DNA of 64,000 bases. Source: Octopus vulgaris (Eukaryota). The stretch covers positions 23,622,001 through 23,686,000 of the forward strand of contig OX597824.1 in assembly GCA_951406725.2 (NCBI GenBank). Reading direction: 5' to 3'. The position numbers were made by a program, and so were the translations under genes. Positions within the stretch are counted from its first letter, which is position 1. Each line of letters opens with the position of its first letter. The notes below the pieces were generated by a model. The model did no database searches, was not told the DNA's origin, and was given only the letters and a program-made list of their open reading frames with translations. Below, in pieces: positions 50,191 through 64,000 of the stretch.

Positions 50191-53100
50191 CTATATATAA
50201 ACGGCAGTTTGTCTGTGCGTGCTTCTGTGTGTCTGTTTTCTCGTACCCTCACCCTGACCACGGCTTTCAACCGATTCTGATGAAACTTGACACACACATA
50301 GCCCAATGTCATAATTCAAAACTAACGCAGCGAAAATTTTGAAAAGTTCCTCCAGTTCTGAAAAAAATTGATAAATTCGACATGGGGTCGAGAATCATAA
50401 ACATGAACCACAGACTGTCTAGGGGACGCAACTCGAGAATCTAAGCTTTTTTTATGCAACGCATTATCTATGGTAGTTTTCACGACTTGCAATCGATTTT
50501 CACCAAACTCATGGTGAAGCTTAATGTTACCCTAAGAAACTCAATTCTGACTTTAGTTTTCCATGCAATACCTTACCATCAGAAACAATCGATAAAATCA
50601 TGCCATTTTGGGAAATCGCGTTCAAATTCAAGATGACATATTTTCGACAATATCTTTCACAAATTGGCAGGAATCTTTTTTTTTTCACAACGAGCATCAT
50701 GTCTGCTCCAAGGAGCTATATAGCCCTTTTTATTCCAATAGGATACATTATTGGAAAAAATCGGTTAATTTAATCATATGTGGCACACATAGCAAACAAA
50801 TTTGTGTATTAAACACAAACCAGACTGTCTAGGGGACGCAACTTGACCTTTTTAGCTATCGATAATTCGATCCAACCAATTCCTACCAGGAAGAAATTAC
50901 ATTCGAGACTTTACCCCCAACACCGCCACTTCTGCTAATAGCTGCTGCAGCCGCAAGTTATTCGAATACTTTTTTTGTTTAAACTTTCTTTATAACTACC
51001 ACCCCAAACGTTTTACCTTCAATTTTTGACGTACCCTAACGGTCCTCGGACGCTACTTGCAAACTCTTGGTTTATTATAAACCACTTTTGTCGTGTGCAT
51101 CAAAAAACTTTTCCTTTCGTTTGTTCAGTTTGATCACTTTTGACTTTTTCGTTGTTGTCACTCACATTGCTGCCAGCTTTTTGGCCGTTTTTGTACATTT
51201 TTATACATTTTCGGATACTTACCCCACGAGCTCCTTTTTATTACACCTTTACCAAACACATTGCTATCCACCAAAATACTTACCCCACGTGTTCCTTTTT
51301 ATTACACCTTTGCCAAACACATTGCTATCCACCAAAATGCCACCCAAGAAGAGAAGGACCCTCCTCAGCCCTCGGACGGCCAAGGCATCGGCTGCTAGGG
51401 CTAGAAGGGCACGCGAGACCCACGAGGAAACCGCCTTGCGCCTCTCGCAAACAGCTTCCCGTTATGCCGCTGCTCAGGCATCTGAAACTACTAGCGACCG
51501 TTCTACCCGACTTGCAAGGGTCGCAGCGTACAGATCTTCCCTCCGCTCGAGGTTGACGAAAGAGCAACAGTCCAGCCAAAACATGCGGGCTTCTTACTGT
51601 GCTTCCATCCGCAGAGCTCGCGAGAACCCCGAACAAAGGGCCATTCGGAATGCGGCTAACGCCACTAGCACCGCCAGGACACGATCTGTCGAAACCTCAC
51701 AGCAGAGGAGAACTCGCCAATGTGCTGACGCCGCAAACAAAGCCATGGCCAAAGCTGCCAAAACACCTCAACAGAGGAGAGCTCGCCAAGCTGCTAACGC
51801 CGCAAACAGCCAGGGCTCGATCTGCCGAAACTCCACACCAACGGACTATTCGGACATCCAGACATGCCATTAGCACTGCTTCTGCTAGGGCTTCAGAGGG
51901 TGCTGAGGCGAGAGCTGAAAGGCTTTCAAGGGATGCCACTGCTACCGCTGTCGCACGTGCATCTGAATCTGCTGAGGCACGGTGCACTCGACTTGAGAGT
52001 ATCAACAAACGTCGGGATATCATTCGTGGTGTACGTACCCCTGCCCCCGCTTTCTGGTTGTCACTAGCATTCAACTACGACGCCACAATTAACTTCTCCT
52101 TGCGTGACGACATCAAGATAGGGTCAATGACAATTGTATGCCAGTTTTGCAAAGCCAAGAAATGGCCCGGAGAGCCACCTGGTTTGTGCTGCTCTGGTGG
52201 CAAAGTGGACCTGCCACCCCTACGGGAACCACCTCAACCACTGAAGGATCTCGCGGCGGGTTTAACCCCCGATTCGTCACAATTCCTTGAAATAATTCGA
52301 AAGTACAACTGCTCATTCCAAATGACCTCTTTCGGGGCCAAAATTCCTCCCAGAGAAGGCTGGATGCCTACTTTCAAAGTGCAGGGACAGGTCTACCATC
52401 TTATTGGGTCACTTCTGCCAGACGAGATTCAGCAGTCTTCTTTCCTCCAAATATACTTCATTGCCGACTACAACCACCAGGTTGATGCACGCCTTGGAAT
52501 AATACCGGGTACAAGCTATGTTCCCCGCAAAGACATTCTTCTCCGTCTCCAAACCATGCTTCATGATATCAACAGCTACGTCTGCAGCTTCAGATATGCC
52601 TTGGACAGTGCTCCATCTCCAAACTTCACCGTTGTCATTGATGCTGATAAACGACCCCACGGGGAGCACGAACGCCGTTTCAACGCACCTGCGTGCAACG
52701 AAATTGCCGCAGTCATACACGGAGAGCAACACAACAGCCGTGACATAATCATCTCCTCCCGTGGTAACAACCTACACAGGATCAGCGAGACTCACAGATC
52801 TTATGACGCGCTTCAGTATCCATTGCTTTTCCCTTATGGGGAAGACGGCTACCACTTCGGAATTCCTTTACGGCAGCCCTTCAATCAAACTACTGCGGCA
52901 TCAAAGACGGTTTCCTACAGGGCGTTCTACTCATACCGGTTCATGGTCAGGGAGGGTGAGTTCAACTTATTGCCCCGTTGTCGTCAGCTATTCAACCAGT
53001 TCGCCGTCGACATGGCCGCAAAAATGGAATCGGAAAGGCTGCTATACATTAAACTTAATCAGACCAAACTTCGCTCCGACTCCTACATTCATCTCCGTGA

Positions 53101-56100
53101 CGGTTTGCAACAAGAAAATGACCCTCGCAACATCGGCAAGCCATGCATTCTACCCTCCACCTTCACGGGAGGACCGCGATATATGCGTGAAAGGACCCAA
53201 GACGCCTTGACCTACGTGCGCATTTACGGCCGGCCGGACCTCTTTATCACCTACACGTGCAATCCCAGCTGCGACGAAATCACTCGCGAACGCCTCCCGG
53301 GTCAATCTCACACCCATCGACACGACATCGTTGCTTGGGTTTTCCGTCTGAATTTGGGCAAAATGAAGGATTTGATAGTTAAGGGTCAGATTTTCGGGCA
53401 TGTCAGGTGCCACATGTTTTCGGTCGAGTGGCAAAAGAGGGGCTTGCCACATGCTCACATCTTAATTTGGCTCACTCATAAAATCGAGACTAATGACATT
53501 GACAAATTCATTTCCGCCGAGATTCCTGACCCCGATGAGGACCCCGGACTCTACGAAATTGTCCGCACTACCATGGTACACGGGCCCTGTGGACCAAATT
53601 ACGCCAACACACCATGCTACAAAAACGGATTAGCCTGCTCAAAGGGATGCCCTAAACGGTTCACTTTGGAGACTCAAACAGGCGGCGATGGGTATCCGCT
53701 GTACAAACGAAGGAGTCCAGCCAATGGAGGCCGCACGATTACGGTTGGGCGACATCAAGTGGACAACAGCTACATTGTCCCCTACTGTCCTCTCCTGTCG
53801 AAGATATTCAAAGCCCACGTCAACGTTGAGTTCTGCAGTTCCATCAGGTCAATACAATATGTCTGCAAATATATCAACAAAGGCAGCGATGCTGCCATGT
53901 TCAGCATCCAGAGGACCACCAGTCGCGACGAAGTGTCCAACTACTTGGCTGGCCGGTACCTCAGCAGCAACGAAGCGTTTTGGCGCATTTACGGCTTCCC
54001 GCTCCATCAGAGACACCCGGCTGTGGTGCAGCTTGCTGTACACTTGGAAAATGGACAGCGGATTTACTTCACAGAGCAAAGTGCTGTGCAGATAGCCACC
54101 AGCCCTAAAGACACAACGTTGACTGGTTTCTTCAAATTATGCCAACGTGATGACTTCGCTCGAACGCTTTTGTACCCACAGGTCCCATCGTACTTCGTGT
54201 GGTCTAAAAACACCTGGGTTCGACGGAAATCCGGCAAAAACGTCGAAAGCTTCCCAGGCGTCAAGTTTGACTCCTGCCTGGGTCGAGTTTACAACATCCC
54301 GCCAAACCAACAAGAATGCTTCTACCTCCGTCTCCTTCTACATGAGGTCACTGGTCCAACAGGTTTCGCCAATATACGTACCGTCAATGGGGTTCTGTGC
54401 GACACCTTCAGGGAAGCATGTATGAGACTTGGCCTTCTAGAGGATGACTCCCAGTGGGACGCCACGATGGCAGAGGGTGCTTTACTGCAAACGCATTCGG
54501 CCCTACGACATCTTTTCGCAATCCTTCTTCAAAAATGTCAGCTTAGTGATCCACTAAGTCTCTGGATGAAATACAGGGATGACATGTCGCACGACTTCTT
54601 ACGTACGGCTCAGCAACACTGCCCTTCCGCCGAGATCACGTTCACCAACTTCATTTACAATTTTGCGCTCATTCAACTCGAAGACGCTGTCATCGATATG
54701 GGTGGGTCTGCTTTAACAGAGTACGGCCTTCCACCACCCACACGTGAACACACCAATGTTATGTCTGTTGAATTGTTACGCGAAACTTCCTACTGCATTG
54801 AGGAACTGCACCATTACGTCCAAGATAATGAACCACGGCTGCTTCCAGACCAGCGCATAGCCTACAACACCATCGTAGACTCTGTCAGACAGCAACGTGG
54901 GGGGATTTTCTTCCTTGATGCACCCGGCGGCACTGGCAAAACCTTCGTCACTAAACTAATTCTGGCAGAGGTCAGACACAACACGGACATTGCCCTGGCT
55001 GTAGCTTCCTCTGGTATCGCGGCCACGTTGCTTCCGGGTGGCAGAACCGCCCACTCTGCCTTCAGACTCCCGCTCGATCTGGCAAAGTCCGAGTCACCTA
55101 TCTGCAACATCGCCAAGAACTCAGAACAGGCCGACATTCTGCGCAGATGCAAACTCATCGTATGGGACGAGTGCACTATGGCACACAAAGGCGCCCTTGA
55201 GGCACTGGACAGGTCCCTGCAAGACATCAGAGACTCTACGGCCCCCATGGGAGGATTAACTTTACTTCTTTCAGGAGACTTCAGGCAGACTCTACCTGTT
55301 ATTCCAAAAGGAACCCGTGCCGATGCCGTGCGCGCGTGCCTTAAGTCGTCAGCTCTTTGGGCACATGTGCGGCCCTTGCACCTCCAAGCTAACATGTGCG
55401 CGCAGTTAATTGGTGACAGCGGATCCGCTGCATTCTCCAGGGACCTCTTATCGCTCGGTGAAAATAGGATGCTGTCTGATGCGGATGGCTACGTTCAATT
55501 GGACTCACTTTGCACCATTGTCGACACCCCTGCTATCCTCCGGGACGCTGTCTTCCACGACCTACAAAACAATTTACGCGACCTAAAATGGCTGGCAGGC
55601 AGAGCTATTCTCGCACCCAAAAATACAACCGTCAACTCCATCAATATCCAGCTACTTGAAGCTATTCCTGGTGATGTCCACGTCTACAAATCTATAGATA
55701 GGACAGCAGACCCCGCCCAGCTTGCCGATTATCCTGTTGAATTCCTGAATTCACTTGAACCGCCAGGCCTGCCACCACACATCCTGAAGTTAAAAGTCGG
55801 TGCGCCCATTATGCTCATCAGGAATTTGGTTCCACCTAAACAGTGCAACGGCACACGTTTGGTTGTGAAACATTTGGCACCACATTTAATAACGGCCACA
55901 ATACTTACCGGTTGTGGGAAGGGAGAGGACGTCTTCATTCCACGGATGCACCTTCAACCGTCGGGCGCTGACCTACCAATCCACTTCAGGCGTTACATCC
56001 ACTTGGGTTACATTTGGGCGAACAGTGCTTCGCCCACGGTCAACTCTACGTGGGCTGTTCACGCGTTGGGAGGCGCAATGATGTTTTCATGTTTTCGCCC

Positions 56101-56266
56101 AAACGGACAGCTAGGAACATCGTATATACAGAAGTATTCCAGTGAAGACAAGACATTGCAACGTCCACATGCACCTTCGTTCCCTGGAGGGAAAGGACTA
56201 CATTGGGATTAGTCGTTGCCTACTAGGGGCTCTTACAGACCCGGGCAACGCCGGGCTATGCTGCTA

Positions 56267-56267
<1 letters not shown>
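50190..56267 (+). mobile_element. Full-length Helitron
   Basis: A|TC 5' end, 3' hairpin CCCGGGCAACGCCGGG then CTAG|T, no TSD, inside (TA)n; internal RepHel gene. Confidence 0.95.
51337..56145 (+). pseudogene. Helitron Rep/PIF1 helicase, disrupted by a frameshift near 51808 and a deletion near 55995
   Basis: MPPKKRR start; 23-aa repeats; C..C..CC zinc motif; Rep motifs PDLFITYTCNP, VEWQKRGLPHAHILIW, YVCKYINKG; helicase DAPGGTGKT, IVWDE, GDFRQTLPV, CNGTR; the true C-terminus CFAHGQLYVGCSRV...NIVYTEVFQ* is in another frame ending at 56145. Confidence 0.93.
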
Positions 56268-56312
<45 letters not shown>

Positions 56313-56496
56313 TAAACGCGCGCGCACGCGCACACAGATGTGCTTGTGTGTGTGTGTGTGCATCTGTGTGAGTGTGTATGGGTGTGGAATGCACTTTATC
56401 TCTGTCAAGTGTTACATCTTAAAATAAAAATACATATTAATTTTTTTTCAAACCCGGACTTCATTATATTTCCGTAACAGAAACACAAAAAAAGAA

Positions 56497-56560
<64 letters not shown>

Positions 56561-57134
56561 ATGTGTGTGTGTGTGTGTATGATGTATATTTATATACATT
56601 CACGTCATCAGAAAAACCATAACAGGAGTACTTCTACTGTGTGAACTACTTTATATACACTCGTGGCCGATGGAAACTAAACACTGGATATTGTAAACAA
56701 AGTAGAAATATGCTAAGTTTCGACCACCAATTCTCCAGGGTGTAGATTCTCTTCACCAAAATACAGAATAATTTCAGATATATAAATTTTAAATCACGAA
56801 ACAGAATCTATATTTATAAATATTCGTCAACTAACATTCCCAGTGTACTTGAATATTTACAAATTTAGCTTCAATTCGGTAATTTAAATTTTATATACGC
56901 AACTGTGCAGCTCTTTGATAAGAATCTACTCTCAAGAGTATATTGTTTCTAGTAATTTTACCTATTGACTTCGTTGATACTGCGAAGAGTCGGTCACGAG
57001 TTTCGTCTGAGAAAAAACTGCCTGAAGCGTGTACTGTTATTTACGAGATAGCAATGTGTGTTTTTTTGAGGTTGTGTCGGCTGCTATTTCTAATAGTTGC
57101 ACTTACAACACAGAAACGAACTATTTACTCTCGT

Positions 57135-57251
57135 GGTTGTTGTTGCTGCTGCTGCTGTCTTCTTCTTCTTCTTCTTCTTCTTCTTCTTCTTCTTCTTCTT
57201 CTTCTTCTTCTTCTTCTTCTTCTTCTTCTCCTTCTTCTTCTTCTTCTTCTT
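57135..57251. repeat. (GTT)(GCT)(CTT)n microsatellite
   Basis: Directly visible. Confidence 0.95.
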
Positions 57252-57327
57252 TAAAGAGAAGAAATTATTGAAATTAAACATTACTCATTTTACCCTATTT
57301 TAGGCTTTTTTAAAAAAAACTTGGAAA

Positions 57328-57841
57328 TCTATATATATAAAACTGTAGTTGTTTGAGTGTCTGTCCCCTTCGATTTAGATTCCTAACTACTCCCACATTT
57401 TGCGGTGCAGTTTAACCAAATTCGGGTATCTTATAGTCGTGATTCATATCGAGCCCGTCTGAGTATTAGCGCGCGTCTACGATGAGTCTACGATTTTAAA
57501 AATAATTTAACATCATTTTTTTATTCCATTTTAATGCATAATTTTTCGTGTGTCGATGGCGGCGGAGTTGGCGTCCATGGTCACACCTGCACCTGTTTGC
57601 TTCTCCCCCTTCTTCCCTCCCTCGTGAAGCTGTGGGGAAGGGAGTGTAAGGAAATCAACATCGTAAAGCGTTGTCAAGGAGACCAGCGTTCTTTTAGAAC
57701 AACGACTTCATGGCTTGAAGACACCAAAACAGAAATGGCTAAGAAAGCCCGAATTGGCATCTATAAGGGAAGTAACTCTCTAAAAATGCTTATATAGTTA
57801 TTTCCCTTACAAACCCGAGCAACGCCGGGCGATACTGCTAG
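57328..57841 (+). mobile_element. Non-autonomous Helitron family B, long form
   Basis: A|TC start, hairpin plus CTAG|T end. Confidence 0.9.
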
Positions 57842-57934
57842 TTATCAAATAAAACATTAATATAGGAAAAAATTGACTCGGAATCCACAGAGAAAAAAAT
57901 ATTGATTGTTAAGCAACATAAACTATCCAGATAT

Positions 57935-58168
57935 CTATTTCTTTACTACCCACAAGGGGCTAAACACAGAGGGGACAAACGAGGACGGACAAACGGATTA
58001 AGTCGATTACATTGATCCCAGTGCGTAACTGGTACTTAATTTATCGACCCCGAAAGGATGAAAGGCAAAGTCGACCTCGGCGGAATTTGAACTCAGAACG
58101 TAACGGCAGACGAAATACGGTTACGCATTTTGCCCGGCGTGCTAACGCTTTTGCCAGCTTGCCGCTTT
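57935..58168 (-). mobile_element. SINE family B monomer with 20-bp TSD
   Basis: AACATAAACTATCCAGATAT at 57915-57934 and 58169-58188. Confidence 0.92.
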
Positions 58169-58802
58169 AACATAAACTATCCAGATATTTTATTAGCGAC
58201 TTCAATTACAATCAAGTCAAATTTGACGAACATTTTCTGGAAAAACGAGGGCCTACCTCTTGACTATATATCAGATTCCCTCAACTGCAACAACAACTTT
58301 GCTCACCAATTTTAATTCCAAAATATAATGTAGGAACACAAAATGATAATGCAATATTTTCAATGAAGGATTTCAAAAATAGGGAGAAAATAACGAGAAA
58401 TCGGAAGTTACTCATTTTATCCCGGAATATGTACATATTGTACACATTCCGTGCAAACGTTACGAATGTACATAATAAGCGTTATTATTCACATTCTCTA
58501 AAAGAAATTCCTGAAGGACTATATTTCTTGTACAGACATGAGGCGACAGCAACATACTTCGGCCTTCATACATTTCAATATGTAATTTCAAGTTCTTTGG
58601 TTTTTGTTCTGCTGAAATCGAGAAATTCATGATTAGGTTGAAGTTGAAAACGTGATACATCTCAGTAAGTTGAATATAAAAGGTAACACTGGAATATAGT
58701 GGAATATATGAAGTAGAATAATTAACAGAGGAATACACGTAAATACAAATACATGGAGCGTATTGAATATATATTGATGACACACAACGTATTACACATA
58801 CA

Positions 58803-58876
<74 letters not shown>

Positions 58877-58991
58877 GATTAATGCTACCGATGAGAGAAA
58901 GGAGAAAATTAATTTGATCATCAGAATTTATGAACATAAAAACATTCGTTGAGCAATATTAGCCGACGAAGAGTGCAGAATAGAGTTTCGA

Positions 58992-59047
<56 letters not shown>

Positions 59048-59081
59048 TACATTAGAGATAAAACCACTAGATGATCCCTAA

Positions 59082-59181
<100 letters not shown>

Positions 59182-59212
59182 TACATTAGAGATAAAACCA
59201 CTAGATGATCCC

Positions 59213-59369
<157 letters not shown>

Positions 59370-59639
59370 TGTCTTCTTTTTATTTCAGGAAGAGCTTGTT
59401 GTACTGGTGAATAGTCAACGGTGTTGAAGAGCATAAAGATTAATGGTGTTGAGAACAAGTCAACTGACATGGAGAACTGGAAGCCATCTGAATATTGAAA
59501 AAGAAGCACCTCTAATCTGTTTATTCCCGCCGGGTATCAAAATGCTGAGCTCATGACAACTGTTCTGTGAATACTGTAGAAGCTGTAACCGAGAGGTGCA
59601 CAGCTGTAATAGAGACTACGAAGCCCTACCAATAGAGAG

Positions 59640-60210
59640 AGAGACACGGCAGGCGTTCGGATTGCATCTGCACGTCGAAATTTATCCCAACATCATTGAA
59701 CCGGGCTTTAGGCTCAGTTCAGATGGCTATGTGAAGTTTCTTGAGACTATGGTTTTTCCCTGACTGGTGAGGGATGCAGGATTCAGCTCTTTGCCATACT
59801 TCAGCAGTGGTTTTTCGGAGAATTTCTATGACTTCACCAGCCACATTTTCTCGACTCCGAATTCCACCGACTATGATCCTACGTATTACTGACTAAGTGT
59901 GGGGCATGGCTGGGAGAGAGAGACACAAATCACTCTGCACGCAACAGTAAGGCCGAGTTGGTGGCCAAGATGAAGAAGAATGTACTGGAAGATCTTCCCA
60001 CAGACAGTGAAAAACGCATGTGCCAAGTTCCAGAAACATCTTGAGGATGTGGTGGGAATTGAGGGCGGCTACTTTGAGTAACCTGTTATCTCCTGGCCAT
60101 AATTTAGCCAATATTTTTTTTTACTTTTTTCAAATATTTTAATTTTTGGATGGGATATTGTTTTCTTTTCCTTTTATATAAACTGTCAAATTTAGCTCGA
60201 ACACCTTGCA
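59640..60210 (+). mobile_element. Tc1/mariner-superfamily (maT-like) 3' remnant
   Basis: QDSALCHT, decayed PNSxDxxP.YY..WG..ERE, EGGYFE* (stop 60079-60081), TIR-like end CGAACACCTTG; left boundary uncertain. Confidence 0.6.
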
Positions 60211-60214
60211 GATT

Positions 60215-60264
<50 letters not shown>

Positions 60265-60287
60265 TAGATAGATAGAGAGAGAGAGAG

Positions 60288-60329
<42 letters not shown>

Positions 60330-60484
60330 ATTAGACAGACGCATAGATAGACAGACAGGTTGATGGATAGGTAGATAGATTGATAGACAGACACATAGAT
60401 AGAAAGACAGACATATAGACTGATAGACTGATAGATAGACAGATAGATATATAAGCAGGCAGAGAGACAGACAGCCGGATAGTT

Positions 60485-60589
<105 letters not shown>

Positions 60590-61183
60590 TTTAAAATACG
60601 AATATATGAAGCAGAAATATCTGTAAATCTACAAAGATCTCTGTACCTTCATTAGAAAGAAAATTTGCTTTTGTCATCACGTGAAGAAACCATATTTTGT
60701 ATACTTAGAAGTGTTTTTTTATTTCTATTTCTATCTTTATTGTGGTTACAAATACGTATTATGTATTTCCTATGATATCATGTCAGTTTTGTTTATTAAA
60801 TTCTAACACATGTTTAATTTCTTAGACACCTTAGAAATTTTGTTTGTGTGTGTGTGTGTGTATGTGTGTGTGTGTGTGTATGTGTGTGTGTATGTGTGTG
60901 TGTGTGTGTGCGTGTATGTGTGTGTGTGTGTACACTTTTCGTTTTGTTACTTTTTATTTGCGACATATATTTTCAAAAGCAGATACCTTCAAATTCAGTG
61001 CGTGCGTGTATATCTGTACACACACACACAGACACACACACATTTATATCGATACATATTTATACACACATATATATACACATACATACTGATATAGTTA
61101 TATGTGTATAGCATACATGTGTGTGTGCGTGTATATGTGTATGCATTTGTGTAAATAGATTTATCGACAGACAAACAGACAGG

Positions 61184-61219
<36 letters not shown>

Positions 61220-61234
61220 CATATAGGTAGATAG

Positions 61235-61265
<31 letters not shown>

Positions 61266-61273
61266 GACAGATA

Positions 61274-61359
<86 letters not shown>

Positions 61360-61493
61360 CAGATAGATAGTTGTGTATCTATGTATGCATGTACGTACGT
61401 ATGTATGCATGTATGTATGTATTTTTGAGTGAAATGTCTCTGTTCTTACAGCTTTTAAACTACCATTGTGACAAAACACATATATACAAGAAA

Positions 61494-61565
<72 letters not shown>

Positions 61566-61933
61566 AATTGAGTGTCATAAAAGTCGAGAAGAAATTTGGT
61601 GAAGACAATATCGTCTGTTTTAATATCACCAAATATAAAAATGATTTAAACTGGTTTAAATAAAAGAAAAAAATTACGTAATATTTATTTGGTGTAATTT
61701 GAATTATTTCGCTTAAATTTCTACGAAAATCAATGGGAACAAAAAGTCTGAGAAAATATAACGCGCAATTTGGAGTGAAGTCAAGATTCATTTTGATCAG
61801 ACATATGTGTAAGAATTTTTAAAATTGTTTGCTTTTCGATTTATTTATTTAGCTATTTATTCAGTTATTATTTATCCTGAATTTAATGGAGTTGCTAGAC
61901 AACAAAGGAGAATGAAATGAAAGATTTGGTTTT

Positions 61934-61982
<49 letters not shown>

Positions 61983-62029
61983 ATACATATATGTGTAGGA
62001 ATAATTCTTTCCTACTCAAAGCCGGAATT

Positions 62030-62400
62030 TTTTGGGTACGAGGCCAGTCGATTAGATCGACCCCAGTACGCAACTGGTACTTATTTAATCGACCCCGAAA
62101 GGATGAAAGGCAAAGTCGACCATGGCGGAATTTGAACTCAGAACGTAAAGAACAAAATACCTATTTCTGTACTACCTACAAGGGGTTAAACACAGAACGG
62201 ACAAACAAGGACAGACAAACGGATTATGTCATTATGTCGATTATATCGACCCCAGTGCGTAACTGGTACTTATTTAATCGACCCCGAAAGGATGAAATGC
62301 AAAGTCGACTTCGGCGGAATTTGAACTCAGAACGTAACGGCAGACGAAATAGGGCTACGCACTTCGCCCGGCGTGCTAACGTTTCTGCCAGCTCGCCGCC
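62030..62400 (-). mobile_element. SINE family B dimer
   Basis: Head at 62400 and two bodies. Confidence 0.85.
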
Positions 62401-62636
62401 TTTGTAAATGCAATAATTATAACGATAAAGAATATAGAGACTGATATACCCTCAAGATTTATTTCCTTCTATTTTACAATGTCAGTGAATTCAGTTTGCT
62501 TCAAGCGAAGCTTCTCGAAGGACCCTGAACGAAGGTGTACAGAAAATTATGTCCGGTTGCACATGCAACTGCTGTACTCTGTGCAGCGGTAACACGTGTA
62601 GGTCGTTGCAACCATAAAAATATGCTGTTTGACATA

Positions 62637-62938
62637 TCTTTATATATAAAAGTGAAGTTGTGTGAGTGTCTGTCTCCTACGATTTAGATTCCTAACTACT
62701 CCCACATTTTGCGGTGCAGTTTAACCAAAACCGGGTATCTTATAGTCGTGATTCATATCGAGCCCTTCTGGGTATTAGCGCGCGTCGACAATGAGTCTAC
62801 GATTTTAAAAAAATTTACCATCATTTTTTCCCATTTTTAATGCATTTTTTCGCTATTATATAAGGGAAGTAACTCACTAAAAATGCTATATAGTTATTTC
62901 CCTTACAAAACCCGAGCAACGCCGGGCGATACTGCTAG
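62637..62938 (+). mobile_element. Non-autonomous Helitron family B, short form
   Basis: A|TC start, hairpin plus CTAG|T end. Confidence 0.9.
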
Positions 62939-62982
62939 TTGTAAAATAAAAGGAAATAAATTTTGAGGATGTACCAGTCTCT

Positions 62983-63023
<41 letters not shown>

Positions 63024-63064
63024 GTAATTACTGCCAATAAGGCGGCGAGCTGGCATATATATAT

Positions 63065-63209
63065 GTACGTGGTTGAGCGGTAAGAAGTTTGCATTCTAAT
63101 GACAAGATTCCAGGTTCAGTCCCGCTGCGTGACATCTTGAGCAGGTGTCTTCCAGCCGACCAAAGCTTTGTGAGTAGATTACATAGACGGAAACAGGAAG
63201 AATCCCAAC

Positions 63210-63270
<61 letters not shown>

Positions 63271-63470
63271 GCTTGTCTTCCATCACGATCGACAACCGGT
63301 GTTCTTGTGTTTATGTCAGCGTAACCTAACGGTCGGCAAAAGACACCAATAAAAGCAAGTAGTGGGCTTAGCAAAATAATCAAATACTCGGGACGATTCG
63401 TTCGATTAGAAATTCTTCAAGGCGGTGCCCCAGCATGGTCACAGTGTAATCACTGAAACAAGTAAAAGAC
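63065..63470 (+). mobile_element. SINE family A, old copy
   Basis: Diverged head, body and GAAACAAGTAAAAGA tail. Confidence 0.7.
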
Positions 63471-63591
63471 ATAAGGCATACATACATCAATTGAGACTTG
63501 CATAGACAGAATTAGCGAAAGCTAAAGCAGTGATACGCTACAATATAGCAGCAGGGAGGGAAATGAAACGATTAAGAATATATATACATAC

Positions 63592-63663
<72 letters not shown>

Positions 63664-63666
63664 TAT

Positions 63667-63834
63667 TTATGTTCTCTCCTTGTTTCTTTCTGTGTTCCTT
63701 CCCGTGGGAGAGCGTGGGTTCAAAACGTTAAAGACTTTTTCACTTCTCGAGCGTTGTACTAATACATCTGTTTGTTGCCTACACCACCTGTCTTCGCCTT
63801 TGTTTTTTTGTGTTTTTTTTTGTGAATTCTCCCC
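63667..63834 (+). mobile_element. Penelope pseudo-LTR copy with decayed HHR
   Basis: GAGAGCGTGGGTTCAAAACGTTAAAGACTTTT...CACCACCTGTCTTCG...GTGAATTCTCCC, homologous to 1-133. Confidence 0.72.
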
Positions 63835-63858
63835 ATACATACATATACATACATACAA

Positions 63859-63911
<53 letters not shown>

Positions 63912-63964
63912 TATATGTATGTTTGTATGTATATACACACACATACATGCATATATATGTATAT

Positions 63965-64000
<36 letters not shown>

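Noticed and set aside
51599-56212. 1537-aa ORF as an intact active transposase
   Set aside because: Its start is an artefact of an upstream frameshift, and its last ~70 aa are out of frame after a deletion.

Overview
This is repeat-saturated eukaryotic DNA with no host protein-coding gene that I can support. The SINE families and microsatellite load suggest an octopus or other coleoid cephalopod (inference from recalled repeat families, not a search). Nearly all listed ORFs are microsatellite translations. Real coding remnants are all transposon-derived: a 5'-truncated Penelope-like element (RT + GIY-YIG, two frameshifts, 1532-4765), a decayed mariner (8449-9683), a full-length but broken Helitron (Rep/PIF1 helicase with nine 23-aa STPR-like repeats, 50190-56267), and small RTE-LINE, Tc1/maT and Penelope fragments. 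There are also about 30 SINE copies of two families, non-autonomous Helitrons, and hAT, Merlin-like and mariner MITEs. The most interesting signal is invisible in the ORF track: about 15 type I hammerhead ribozyme (HHR) motifs from several unrelated small non-coding families. Two of these sit in retrozyme-like elements (43337-43938, ~475-nt unit; 44714-45626, two HHRs 495 nt apart) with terminal redundancy and a 5' inversion, consistent with Penelope-mobilised circular RNAs. Several families carry non-canonical cores (CCGANGA, CUGUUGA). All folds were done by eye, ribozyme activity is untested, and many repeat boundaries are approximate.
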